Source of the DNA: a virus
Direction: 5' to 3' (one strand)
IMG/VR virus record: IMGVR_UViG_3300026484_000295
Span: 108,405 to 172,404 of that record
Length of the DNA stretch: 64,000 nucleotides
Shown: in pieces, positions 20,965-30,650 of the stretch
Position numbering within the stretch: the first letter of the stretch is position 1
Layout: each line of letters opens with the position of its first letter
Notes under the pieces: generated by a model
What the model was told of the DNA's origin: nothing
Database searches by the model: none
What the model saw: only the letters and a program-made list of their open reading frames with translations
Position numbers and translations under genes: made by a program

Positions 20965-21000
20965 AAAATCTAGGTCATCCAATTAAAAAACCTAGATTTT
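20965..21000 (-). terminator. Hairpin/terminator after the 21014 ORF
   Basis: AAAATCTAGGT-14nt-ACCTAGATTTT. Confidence 0.6.
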
Positions 21001-21013
21001 AATTTTTTTTATA

Positions 21014-22339
21014 TTATGATATTATTAAGTCTGTTGTTTGATCTATATCAAATCCATCAATAGTACTAATCATATATCTTATTTTTGTAGATTCCGAAGT
21101 TTCAATCAATATAGTATTTTCATCAATTACTTCAATAGGTAATATATCGAAAAACCATGAACCATTATCTTCTCGTTGAATTTTAACATCAACAAACACA
21201 GTCCCTAAATTATGTGAAATTTGAAATGAAGTTCCAGCTGTCGTTGTCTCACCAACTCTCACATTATTAATTCTATTAAAAGAATCATGATCAATTTTCT
21301 GAACTATATCATCAACAATACTATCTAGTTTTCCTGCAGTTACTTTATACGAATAATTTAATGCTTCTGCTTCTGTTGCACCATTATTAACAGCTGTTAT
21401 ATAATTTATACCATTATAACCATCGTAACCTATCCAAGATGTACCGGACTTATCTAATATTTCTCTACCCAAAGTATATGAATCTATTATTTGATGTAAT
21501 TCATATGATGGAGTAGCCGACTCATAATTCCATATCGAAACATTAGCCGTTGCCTCTTTTAATGTTTCATCAGTTGAAGTATCAGTTGATTCAACCCATT
21601 TAATTAAATCGACAATACCTTCAGATCCACGATTAACAGCTATACCTGCATTCATATCAACATCTACACCATCAACTATTGCTGATGCTAATCTTGGATC
21701 TTCTGTTGTTAAATTACTATTTAAAATAATTATATTGTCTGCAATTGTCATATTTTCAGCAGCGATATCTACTTTTGTAGTTTGTCCACCAACAGTTAAA
21801 TCTCCAGATATAATCACATTACCATCAACCGATACATCACTATTAATATTAGTAGTAGCATAAGATATTGTTAATTCATTATTCGTATGATCAGTAATAA
21901 TTTTATCAACTATACCATCATTTATTATAAATGAATCTGTTGAAACTATTTTTGTAGAAGTAGTATTAAATTGAATATCTACACCATTATATTCAAATAA
22001 CTCATTTGATATATCAATATTTAATAAATTTGATAAATCACTTTTTATAATCGATATACTATTTTTGAATTCTATTTCAGATATAATATTTTGAATCCTA
22101 GTATCTGTTTTTGATAAGAATTCATCAATATATACTTCACCATCATTAATATTTACAAATTTATATACTTCACTTTCTGTATTATACCAAATTCTACCAG
22201 TTTCTGGTATAACAGGTGTAACATTAGATAGGTCATTTATAGCTAACTCGTCATCATTATTAAATTTTTCAATAACTGCATTGGATAAAAATGATTTTTT
22301 TGCTATTATTGGATTGTGTAATTTACTATTAATCATCAA
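21014..22339 (-). CDS. Virion structural / tail-fibre-related protein
   Basis: G.L.V.G.TT......I.DN.I.LN...AGI.V.RG module shared with the 36592 fibre; C-terminal I.HNLGT..V.V module; TATAAATA at 22360-22367. Confidence 0.65.
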   Translation of the reverse strand: MMINSKLHNPIIAKKSFLSNAVIEKFNNDDELAINDLSNVTPVIPETGRIWYNTESEVYKFVNINDGEVYIDEFLSKTDTRIQNIISEIEFKNSISIIKSDLSNLLNIDISNELFEYNGVDIQFNTTSTKIVSTDSFIINDGIVDKIITDHTNNELTISYATTNINSDVSVDGNVIISGDLTVGGQTTKVDIAAENMTIADNIIILNSNLTTEDPRLASAIVDGVDVDMNAGIAVNRGSEGIVDLIKWVESTDTSTDETLKEATANVSIWNYESATPSYELHQIIDSYTLGREILDKSGTSWIGYDGYNGINYITAVNNGATEAEALNYSYKVTAGKLDSIVDDIVQKIDHDSFNRINNVRVGETTTAGTSFQISHNLGTVFVDVKIQREDNGSWFFDILPIEVIDENTILIETSESTKIRYMISTIDGFDIDQTTDLIIS

Positions 22340-22379
22340 TCTAACACCTCTTTTTTATTTATTTATATCTTTGAATCTA

Positions 22380-22781
22380 TTATTCAAAATAAATAAATAT
22401 ATAACCGGTTACGGGATCAATAAATTCTACTGTTATTTCGTTTTCGTCTATGATAGATATTGAACTATTAACCATACTATTTAAATTACTATCAAAAATA
22501 TTATAGTTGAAAAAAATAGTATTTTTATTATGGCGAATATTTATAGTATATACATCTTCAAATGTGAATTTAAAACTATGCTGTGAAATACTTTCATCAA
22601 TATATTCATTAAGACTATCTTGTAATGATAAATTAGTCAGGAATATTTGTATTTCATTATCTCTCCAAGATTTAAATACTTTTTCAGTAGTATTATACCA
22701 TACAAAACCATTTTCTTGAACTGATGGATCAAATTCTAATTGTTCTACTTTATTAATATTAAATGGATATTTCATTGTCAC
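22380..22781 (-). CDS. Small virion structural protein
   Basis: Contains G..WYNT and I.HN......IIDEN.I.VEF..P.TG modules, as in the neighbouring ORF. Confidence 0.55.
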   Translation of the reverse strand: MTMKYPFNINKVEQLEFDPSVQENGFVWYNTTEKVFKSWRDNEIQIFLTNLSLQDSLNEYIDESISQHSFKFTFEDVYTINIRHNKNTIFFNYNIFDSNLNSMVNSSISIIDENEITVEFIDPVTGYIFIYFE

Positions 22782-22784
22782 TCC

Positions 22785-23747
22785 TTAAATTATACGAACG
22801 TTTATAATAGCTTTATATCGTTTATCTTCTAAGAAATTAAATCGAATATATGAATCATTCTCTTCAACAGAAATAGGATTTATTAAACTATTATTATCAA
22901 TATCTATAATTTCAACAGAGAAAATATTTTTAAATTTTTTAGGTATTTGTAAATATGTTTTAGGTTTATCAATTTTAATATGCCAAGTAGAATAATAATC
23001 CCCAATAGACCCACCATGTTTCCATATTGTTAATAAATCATTATTTTTAACTCTATATACCAACCCATCGATCGTTAAAATATTATTAATTATAGAAAAT
23101 TCATTATTTTTTAATAATATACCATTTAAATCCACAGATAAACTATTAATATTTGTTCCTTCAAGAATACTTTCAATATCAAATTGTGTTTGTCCAGATA
23201 AAGTATAAATTTCATTTTTTTTATTTATTTTAGGATTACTTATTCTATCTTTTGGATGAAATACAAATATATATAAATCAATTATATTTGATTCTTTTAA
23301 AATTATTTTTTTTGAATCAAAAGGATCTATAATAAATTTAACTTCATTCATATTTTGATTATATATTATAATATTATCAATAGTAAAATTAAAAATAGAG
23401 TCATCTAAAATAAATTCTATTTCATTCAGATCGTATTTGATAAAAATTTGAACATCAAAAGTTTTATCATATTCTGTTTGAACCCAATTATCTCCAAACC
23501 ATCTATATACCATATGATCATTTTGATTAAACCATGTTTGACCAATTATAGGATTTATAGGTTGATATCTACCATAAAAATTTTGAATAACCTTAATATA
23601 ATTTTCATTTAATTCATCGGCTATATCAATTATATTATGACCAAACAAATGCAATGAAAATTTATCATAGTCGATTGTATCAGGGTCTATCCATGTTATA
23701 TCTTTACCATTTATATCCGAAATTAATTGTGTGTTATTATTAGCCAT
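22785..23747 (-). CDS. Baseplate/tail-fibre structural protein
   Basis: SL.LFG.N......LNENY....NF....P.NP..GQ.WF motif typical of jumbo-phage fibre/baseplate proteins, plus a GQT.F...V.LNG.L repeat. Confidence 0.6.
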   Translation of the reverse strand: MANNNTQLISDINGKDITWIDPDTIDYDKFSLHLFGHNIIDIADELNENYIKVIQNFYGRYQPINPIIGQTWFNQNDHMVYRWFGDNWVQTEYDKTFDVQIFIKYDLNEIEFILDDSIFNFTIDNIIIYNQNMNEVKFIIDPFDSKKIILKESNIIDLYIFVFHPKDRISNPKINKKNEIYTLSGQTQFDIESILEGTNINSLSVDLNGILLKNNEFSIINNILTIDGLVYRVKNNDLLTIWKHGGSIGDYYSTWHIKIDKPKTYLQIPKKFKNIFSVEIIDIDNNSLINPISVEENDSYIRFNFLEDKRYKAIINVRII

Positions 23748-23764
23748 ATACTACCTCTAACTTG

Positions 23765-25072
23765 CTATAAATATGAATATGCAATTTCAGAAATTATTTC
23801 ATTTGTTTCAATAATTTTGAACTTCCCACCCATATCTTTAAATTTATTTATCTTATTTATAGTTGATTCAATAGTTTCAGTAATATTAGATTTATTGATA
23901 GGCGAATATAACAAATATTGATTTGATATAGAAACGATTGGCTGCCCTTCAAAGTTTTCCATAATAAGAACTTTAGGTTTATTTGATTCCGGAACATCTA
24001 TATATGATATAATTTCTTTAAATAAATTATCAACAATTATCATATTCTCAATTTCTAAATTTTCAGATTTAAGATTACGTATAATTGTTTCAAGATATTT
24101 TTCTTCATTCTTAATTTCAGTTCCGAAAATCTTTGTTTGTTCTAATCTCTTTTTTGCTAAAGAACGATATTTCATTTCAATAGGAGATAATTCAATTGCA
24201 GGCAATTCTTCATTAGAAATAATCTTAGTGTCTAAATCATACGATACATTATCAGTATAATCAATAAGTATTGATTTTTGAGATTCAAGTTTAAATTTAA
24301 CAGCAACAACTTCAAGTTTTTTATCTATGCGGTCTTTGATAACCTCATACGTTACTTTAATATCAGATTTATCATTAACCTCTTGTACAGCTTTTTTTAA
24401 TATATCTCTATTAAAATTAGCCCATTTTTGTAAAGACGGTTTATTAATAATATCAACATTCAAAATAGCCTTTAATATATTTATCTCTATACGTTTTTCA
24501 TACGAACCAACATAATCTTTTAAAAGTTCATACAATAATTTTGAATATTTCGATTTTAATCCTACTTGGATTTGTAATGAGAATTTAGTATAATAATTTT
24601 TTACATTCAAAAACATTATCAATAATTCTGGCTCTATCCATACTTTAACTCTCTTGCTAGTAGTTTGTTTATCTTTCGACCATGCTATTTTTCTTAAAAA
24701 ATGAAATAAAATAGACTCTTGTGTTTTATTTTTATGTAAAACATTTGTTAAAACCTGTATTTTAGATATTTCATGTAAATTTTTTATTATCTCATTATAA
24801 TATCCATTTTTATATTTACCTAATACGTCAGATATTGATTGTAAGTTAATTTCAAAATGATTTAGAGATGCCCATTCATAAATCTCTTCTTCCGTTAATT
24901 CCTGTTGTAACATAATATCAGAAATAAAGAAAAACATAGTCCCAATTAAATCAACTTGAATAGGTGTTAAAACAGCAAATTCTTCTTTTATAAAATCTTT
25001 ATAATATAAAACTTGACATAACTCTGATGGTTTTCTTAATTCTAAGTTTTTTGTTAAATCTTTTTTACTCAT
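23765..25072 (-). CDS. repA: Plasmid-type replication initiator (Rep_3 / RepA-RepB winged-helix family)
   Basis: Rep_3 signatures YTKFSL......LKSKYS..LYELLKDY, F.RDILKKAV.E.N.KSDI.V.Y and V..VKF. It lies next to an iteron-containing intergenic region. Confidence 0.88.
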   Translation of the reverse strand: MSKKDLTKNLELRKPSELCQVLYYKDFIKEEFAVLTPIQVDLIGTMFFFISDIMLQQELTEEEIYEWASLNHFEINLQSISDVLGKYKNGYYNEIIKNLHEISKIQVLTNVLHKNKTQESILFHFLRKIAWSKDKQTTSKRVKVWIEPELLIMFLNVKNYYTKFSLQIQVGLKSKYSKLLYELLKDYVGSYEKRIEINILKAILNVDIINKPSLQKWANFNRDILKKAVQEVNDKSDIKVTYEVIKDRIDKKLEVVAVKFKLESQKSILIDYTDNVSYDLDTKIISNEELPAIELSPIEMKYRSLAKKRLEQTKIFGTEIKNEEKYLETIIRNLKSENLEIENMIIVDNLFKEIISYIDVPESNKPKVLIMENFEGQPIVSISNQYLLYSPINKSNITETIESTINKINKFKDMGGKFKIIETNEIISEIAYSYL

Positions 25073-25125
25073 AGTTTCAACCTTATTTTTTTGTATTTAT
25101 TAGATTTTACAATCACAATTAAAAT

Positions 25126-25646
25126 TACACAATCTAATCACAGTTTCTTCCCATTTTTAATATTTTGTAAGTATATTTATCCATATTTATATAGCATTTT
25201 ATCTTTTTTTTAAATTACACAATCTAATCACAGTTTTTTTCTTTTTATTCTTATCATGTATAATTATGGCAAAAAAAACTTAAAAAAAAAATCTTAGTTA
25301 AATTTAATATAAATTTTAGGCAATTTTCATAAGAAAAAAACTTAAAAAAAAAATCTTAGTTATGGCATTTTTTTTAATTAATGGTTTTCAATATAATATT
25401 TTCTTATATCTTATTTTTGTATATTGTCAATAAAATATATATTTAAATAATATTTAACTAAAAAATATTTTTTAAGGTATATAAAAAACTAAAAATAAAT
25501 ACGTAAGTTAAAATTTAAAAATTTAACTAAGAATTATTTTTTGAGTTAAAAAATGGGTTTTTTGCCGCATTTTAACACTATAAAATAAAGGTACTTTTTA
25601 TGGTTCACAATCTAATCACGAAAACTACACAATCTAATCACAGTTT
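25126..25646 (+). repeat. Iterons TACACAATCTAATCACAGTTT
   Basis: Full 21-mers at 25126, 25216 and 25626; 14-bp core at 25606. The last two cores are 22 bp apart. Confidence 0.85.
25272..25532. repeat. Second origin repeat family (A7CTTA10TCTTAGTTA direct pair plus inverted TTAGTTAAAT copies)
   Basis: 29-bp direct repeats at 25272-25300 and 25334-25362; inverted partial copies at 25452-25461 and 25520-25532. Confidence 0.7.
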
Positions 25647-25857
25647 TTTTCGAGGGTCACTGGGAAACACTATATTTTCTCGTGCAAAAATAGGACTGTA
25701 CAAAATACAAATAGAATAAAGGATAGATATATAGCCTTCGGCATGAAATAGATTATTTGATCCAGACTATCTTTATTTGATATGATTTATTTTCATATAA
25801 TACCTATTAAAATTAATTGTATAATAAAAAACAAATTATTAAATTTAAAGGTAAGTT

Positions 25858-26913
25858 ATGTCAAATAAAATTACAATGAGTACAGATTGGCATTTTGGTA
25901 AATCAAATGGGAGATTCGATAATATTATTTTAAATGGTATTATTGAACAATGTAATTATGCAAAGAATAATAATATCAAAGTTATGATTAATCTTGGCGA
26001 TACATTAGATGTAAAACAATCAATTACTACTAGTACTATGAATTATTTAGCTAAAGCATTTCAATTAATAAATGATACATTCGATAAAGTTTATGTATTA
26101 GTTGGTAATCATGATATGTCAAAGAAAACTTATAATAATGATGGGCATAATTTGCATATTTTTTCTGGTTATAATAATATTGAGGTTATCGATTCTCCAA
26201 AAATAATTTCGATATTTGATTCAGATTTTTATTTCATGCCTTATTTCCCAAATGATTATCTTAAAAATCATATTTTTGAGGAAGCTAGATTTATGTGTGC
26301 TCATATTGAAGTCCAAGGTTTTATGTTGAATCAATTTGTTAAAGCTGAAGATGGATTGAATATGCAAGCTATAACTAATATATATGATAATGTTTTTTTA
26401 GGTCATTTTCATAAGCGACAATCTAGAGGAAATGTATCTTATATTGGTAATATGTGTAGATTTTTTTATGGTGAAAATGATGAAGAACGTGGTTGGACTA
26501 TTCTAGATGTTGATACGAATAAGTATGAATTTATTGAATACCATCATCCGAAAATGTACAAATTTAAATTATCGACATTAATGAGTCTAGATGAAGATTT
26601 AAATAAAATATTTGAACCAGGCGACAATCTCAAACTAGTTATTGATAAACAATTAAAATATTCTGAATTAGAGGAATTTAAAACAAAACTAATTTTGGAT
26701 TATAAAATTAATGATTTAGTATTAGACGATCAATTTTATGCGTTTGATATTGATGAAATAGATGATGAAGATGAAACAGATGACAATGTTGCTGATTTAG
26801 ATCCTAGTTATATGGAATATCTATTAACAGAAATGACTAAGATTATTACAGATGATAACGCTGTAGAAGCTCTAGAATATCTTAGAGAAAAATCTAAAGA
26901 TTATCAGGAATAA
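25858..26913 (+). CDS. gp47: Recombination nuclease gp47 (Mre11/SbcD-like)
   Basis: Metallophosphoesterase motifs TDWHFG, LGD, VGNHD and GHFH. Confidence 0.93.
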   Translation: MSNKITMSTDWHFGKSNGRFDNIILNGIIEQCNYAKNNNIKVMINLGDTLDVKQSITTSTMNYLAKAFQLINDTFDKVYVLVGNHDMSKKTYNNDGHNLHIFSGYNNIEVIDSPKIISIFDSDFYFMPYFPNDYLKNHIFEEARFMCAHIEVQGFMLNQFVKAEDGLNMQAITNIYDNVFLGHFHKRQSRGNVSYIGNMCRFFYGENDEERGWTILDVDTNKYEFIEYHHPKMYKFKLSTLMSLDEDLNKIFEPGDNLKLVIDKQLKYSELEEFKTKLILDYKINDLVLDDQFYAFDIDEIDDEDETDDNVADLDPSYMEYLLTEMTKIITDDNAVEALEYLREKSKDYQE

Positions 26914-26985
26914 ATGTCTAATAAAATATAGTTTTAAAATCCTATTAATGTAAAATATGTAGAAAGATAAAAAAATGGAAGATAA

Positions 26986-28827
26986 ATGAAGATTAAATTT
27001 CGTAAAATTGAAATACAAAATTTTTATAGTTATGGTGATAAACAGGAAGTAGATTTAGATCAATTTAAAAGTACAGTTGTTTTGATAGATGGTATAGATA
27101 AAGATACAGAGGGGTCAAAAATTGGTTCTGGTAAATCATCATTCCTTGCAGCGATAACATATGCATTATTTGGTGAAACTGTTTCAAACGTAAAAGCTAA
27201 TGAGATTGTAAATTATATAAAAGGTAAAAATGCATTAGTGGTTTTGACATTTGAAATGAATAATACACTCTTTAAAATTGAAAGGGGTAGAAAACCAAAT
27301 ATATTGAATATCTATCAAGAAATTGATAAAGATGAAAAAGGTACTATTCAATGGGAAAATATATCACGAGCTGATATTAAAGATAATGATAAACTTATTG
27401 TCTCATTAATAAAAATCAATTTTGAAACATTTTTACAAACATCATTATTTTCTGTAGCTTCAGAACATAATAAACCTTTTTTAAATATGACGCCATCAAA
27501 TCAAAAAAAAGTTCTTGAAAATATCTTTAATTTTGATTTATTTAATAATATGATTAATGAGATAAAAGATGATGTTCGAGATAAACAGATTATTAGAGCT
27601 GAATTAGAATCTTCATTGAGAGAGGTTCAAATTTCAAATGAACAAATAGAATCACAAATAGAAAGACTGAAGGAATCTTCAGAGAAATTTGAAAAACGTA
27701 GAAATAAACGTATTAAAGAACTGGAAGAAAGTATAGTTTTTTATAATAATATTGATATTGAAGAAGAAAAAGATAAATTTGCATTTATAGATGAGTTAAA
27801 AGAACATAAAACTAATATTATGTCAACTATTTCAGAACTAAAAATTGAGTTGAAAGATATTCAAACTGAATTAGCACGAGTTGATAGAGAAATTGAATTG
27901 TTAGTCAACGATTATCAATCAGAAGAAGAAAATAATAAAAGTTTGAAAGGTAATATCTGTCCAACTTGTCATCAAGATTGGGAAGATCCAGATGCAATAA
28001 TAGCAAGTGATGATAAATTAAAAAAAATTGGGTCAGAAATAATTTCATTTGAGAAGAGCTTAAATGAATTTGAGGAAGTTGAACAAAAAATCTTAAAAAA
28101 AATTAAAGATAAAAAAAGTATTTTATTTGAAATTAAAGAAGCGATAGATGAAATCGAAACACAAATTGATAAAAAAGAATTGGATAATATTGATATTATA
28201 TTATCGAATATTAAGAAAGAATTAAAAAATGAAATGAATCAAGAAAACCATTATTTGATGGAAATAGAGGCAAATAAATCCTTACTTCGGGAAATAGATA
28301 CAGAAACATTAGATAAAGTTGATATATGGATACAAAATATCAAAGCATTTATCAAATTGTCTGAAGATCCTAAAACAAGAGGTAAATTTTTAAGAAAATT
28401 TATAAAACAGTCCAATGAAATTTTACGAGGGTTTAAAAAATTAATACCTGATTATAATATTCATATTCAATTTAACCCTGATTTCACCATTAGGGTTATG
28501 AAATTGGGGAAAGAAGTTAATCCTGCATCTTTATCGAATGGTGAAAAGAGGATTGGAAATATTATGATAATGATAGCATTAATGAAAGTATTTAAACTTA
28601 AAAATAATGTTGAATTTAACGCTATTTTTATGGATGAAGTTCTTGATAGTGGTATTAATGGTGCGTTATTAGAAAGTGTTTACACTTTTATAAAAAATGT
28701 AGCAAAAGAAGAACAAATGCGGGTTTATTTGATTTCTCATAGAGAAGAAATTAAAGAAAAAGTTAAAGAAATTATAATGGTTACAAAATCAAGAGGTATT
28801 TCAACTATTGAAATAAATCCTATATGA
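26986..28827 (+). CDS. gp46: Recombination ATPase gp46 (Rad50/SbcC-like)
   Basis: NF.SYG, GSGKSS, coiled coil with a CPTC zinc hook, LSNGE signature, FMDE.LD and ISH. Confidence 0.93.
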   Translation: MKIKFRKIEIQNFYSYGDKQEVDLDQFKSTVVLIDGIDKDTEGSKIGSGKSSFLAAITYALFGETVSNVKANEIVNYIKGKNALVVLTFEMNNTLFKIERGRKPNILNIYQEIDKDEKGTIQWENISRADIKDNDKLIVSLIKINFETFLQTSLFSVASEHNKPFLNMTPSNQKKVLENIFNFDLFNNMINEIKDDVRDKQIIRAELESSLREVQISNEQIESQIERLKESSEKFEKRRNKRIKELEESIVFYNNIDIEEEKDKFAFIDELKEHKTNIMSTISELKIELKDIQTELARVDREIELLVNDYQSEEENNKSLKGNICPTCHQDWEDPDAIIASDDKLKKIGSEIISFEKSLNEFEEVEQKILKKIKDKKSILFEIKEAIDEIETQIDKKELDNIDIILSNIKKELKNEMNQENHYLMEIEANKSLLREIDTETLDKVDIWIQNIKAFIKLSEDPKTRGKFLRKFIKQSNEILRGFKKLIPDYNIHIQFNPDFTIRVMKLGKEVNPASLSNGEKRIGNIMIMIALMKVFKLKNNVEFNAIFMDEVLDSGINGALLESVYTFIKNVAKEEQMRVYLISHREEIKEKVKEIIMVTKSRGISTIEINPI

Positions 28828-28861
28828 ATTTATTGTAAAATAAGTATGAGAAGGATATAAA

Positions 28862-29512
28862 ATGAAATTTTCAGATTTAGATTTAGATATACCTTCTAAA
28901 TTGTCAAATGATATTAGGTCTAAATTTATAAGGGCGTCGGTTAAAAATAATGGAAAATATCAACCTCATCCAGCAGGTATATATTTGTATAAAAATATAC
29001 CTCAATTTAACAAAATTGCAATAGCCGATTATAAATTTATGGAGAATAATAATTATCAAAAAATTGATATTTTGAATAATACATTTTTAGATAATATTAC
29101 AAATGATGAAATGGATGAATTTATAGATTTAATTGAAATGGAAGAAATTGATTGGAATAAACTATATAAGTATAATGAACCATATCAACTTAGTAAATAT
29201 CCATCGATATTAAAAGAATTTCAGGTTTCATCGGTATTTGATATTGCTATGGTTTTATCTATAATAAGACCTGGATCAATTAAAAAATATGATACTTTAA
29301 AAAAAGCTATGAAAATAAAAAAAAAGATTAGTAAAGATATAAAGTATTATGATATTTTAAAAGACACATATGGTGTCCCCATTTTTAATGAACAATATAA
29401 AGAAATGGGTATTGATGATGGTGTGTATAGATATAAAAAACCGCATGCTATTGGCTATGCGTATGTATTATTGATTGATTTTTTAAAAAAAAGTCATAAA
29501 ATTAAGGAATAA
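28862..29512 (+). CDS. Minimal DNA polymerase III alpha (DnaE)-like fragment carrying the catalytic aspartates
   Basis: Motifs in DnaE order: SDLDLD (PDxDxD), HPAGI, KIDIL (KxDxL), VLSIIRPG, ILKDTYGV.IF.EQ and YKKPHA.GYA (FNKSHA.AYA). Confidence 0.85.
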   Translation: MKFSDLDLDIPSKLSNDIRSKFIRASVKNNGKYQPHPAGIYLYKNIPQFNKIAIADYKFMENNNYQKIDILNNTFLDNITNDEMDEFIDLIEMEEIDWNKLYKYNEPYQLSKYPSILKEFQVSSVFDIAMVLSIIRPGSIKKYDTLKKAMKIKKKISKDIKYYDILKDTYGVPIFNEQYKEMGIDDGVYRYKKPHAIGYAYVLLIDFLKKSHKIKE

Positions 29513-29614
29513 TTGTATAAAAAAAGATTTTTGAGGTCTTTTTTGATATAAATAAAAATGAATTATAAAAATAAGGTTGATATCTTATTCAAATTAAAAA
29601 AAAAGGAAGTTAAT

Positions 29615-29899
29615 ATGACAAAAGCAGATATGGTAGTACAACTACAAGAAATCATTGGTGAAGAAAAAGTTTCTAAAGCAGAATGTGAAAGAATCTGGAA
29701 TGGTTTAATTGAAATTATTGCAGAAGAAGTAAAAGATGGTGGAGAAGTAAAATTTGGATCGTTATTTAAAGTGTATAAAAAACATAAAAATGCTAGAAAA
29801 GTAAGAAATCCAAGAACTGGTGAAACTTTTATGAAAGAAGCTAGAGATGAACTAGGCTGTAAAGTTATGAGAGAAGGTAAATACCTTATTCAAGATTAG
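29615..29899 (+). CDS. HU/IHF-family DNA-binding protein
   Basis: MTKAD.V...VSK.E...G.V.F..F and ARK.RNP.TGE. The start at 29615 has an AAGGA RBS; the ORF track start at 29558 is probably too far upstream. Confidence 0.9.
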   Translation: MTKADMVVQLQEIIGEEKVSKAECERIWNGLIEIIAEEVKDGGEVKFGSLFKVYKKHKNARKVRNPRTGETFMKEARDELGCKVMREGKYLIQD

Positions 29900-29907
29900 G
29901 CATAAAA

Positions 29908-30249
29908 ATGAATGTTAGAGTTGGTGGACCAAATTCAGAAATAGAAGCTGAAGCCAAAAAGAAACTTATTACTGAGAAAAGGATTAAAGAAATCCTTTCT
30001 CAAAATCCTTCAAAACACGATTTAGACTTACTTAAAGTTAAAATACGGGATTTAACTCAATTTTATGAACGTATAATCCAATCTATCAATCATACTATAC
30101 GTATGGTGAAATCAAAAACACAGATGACTTATTTAGAACAAAAGAAATATATTCAATCTCAAGAGAAAGAATTATCACAAGCTAAACGTGAAAAAAGTAG
30201 ATTAAGAAAATATTTGAAGGTATTAAATGAAAAGTTAGATAAACTTTAA
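29908..30249 (+). CDS. Hypothetical basic coiled-coil protein
   Basis: 113-aa ORF following HU in the same direction. Confidence 0.55.
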   Translation: MNVRVGGPNSEIEAEAKKKLITEKRIKEILSQNPSKHDLDLLKVKIRDLTQFYERIIQSINHTIRMVKSKTQMTYLEQKKYIQSQEKELSQAKREKSRLRKYLKVLNEKLDKL

Positions 30250-30281
30250 TTAATATAAATAAAAAGAAAAAGGAAAATTTT

Positions 30282-30629
30282 ATGGCATATGAATATACAA
30301 GTGTAACACCAGGGATATTTAGTTTTACTATTCCGGGAGAAAATAAAACAGTAAAATTATTTACTGGTGATAAAATTATCGTTAAAAAACAACTTACGGG
30401 TACATATCTTAAAATGTTTATTTTTAATGGTGAAGTTCCAGATGGTGATGAATTAAAAACTAATAAAACCAATCCAAAAGCAAAAGTAGCAGATAAAATA
30501 ACGTCAGTTGTCGAAACTGAAGATATTCAATCAAATGATAATATAGATATTGAAATTAGTGATGCTATTAAAGAAGTTGAAGACAAACCAACCCCTAAAA
30601 GAAGAGGGAGAAAGAAAAAAGTATCATAA
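30282..30629 (+). CDS. Hypothetical late protein
   Basis: TATAAATA at 30254-30261, AAGG RBS, and a C-terminal PKRRGRKKK. Confidence 0.6.
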   Translation: MAYEYTSVTPGIFSFTIPGENKTVKLFTGDKIIVKKQLTGTYLKMFIFNGEVPDGDELKTNKTNPKAKVADKITSVVETEDIQSNDNIDIEISDAIKEVEDKPTPKRRGRKKKVS

Positions 30630-30650
30630 AGATTCTTTATTAAAAATATT

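Larger units (their letters stand above)
25073..25857. other. Putative iteron-type replication origin
   Basis: Longest intergenic gap in the window. It has four CACAATCTAATCAC repeats, a very AT-rich core and a TTATCCATA DnaA-box-like site at 25177, and gene strand switches across it. Confidence 0.8.

Noticed and set aside
25126-25646. Repeats read as a CRISPR array
   Set aside because: Spacing is irregular (90, about 390 and 22 bp), the repeat is short and non-palindromic, no cas genes are present, and adjacency to rep fits iterons.
25650-25800. Slightly GC-richer patch with possible pairing (CGAG...CTCG, GCCTTCGGC) as a structured ncRNA
   Set aside because: Stems are too short to support without covariance data; no tRNA or known RNA family was recognised here or elsewhere in the window.
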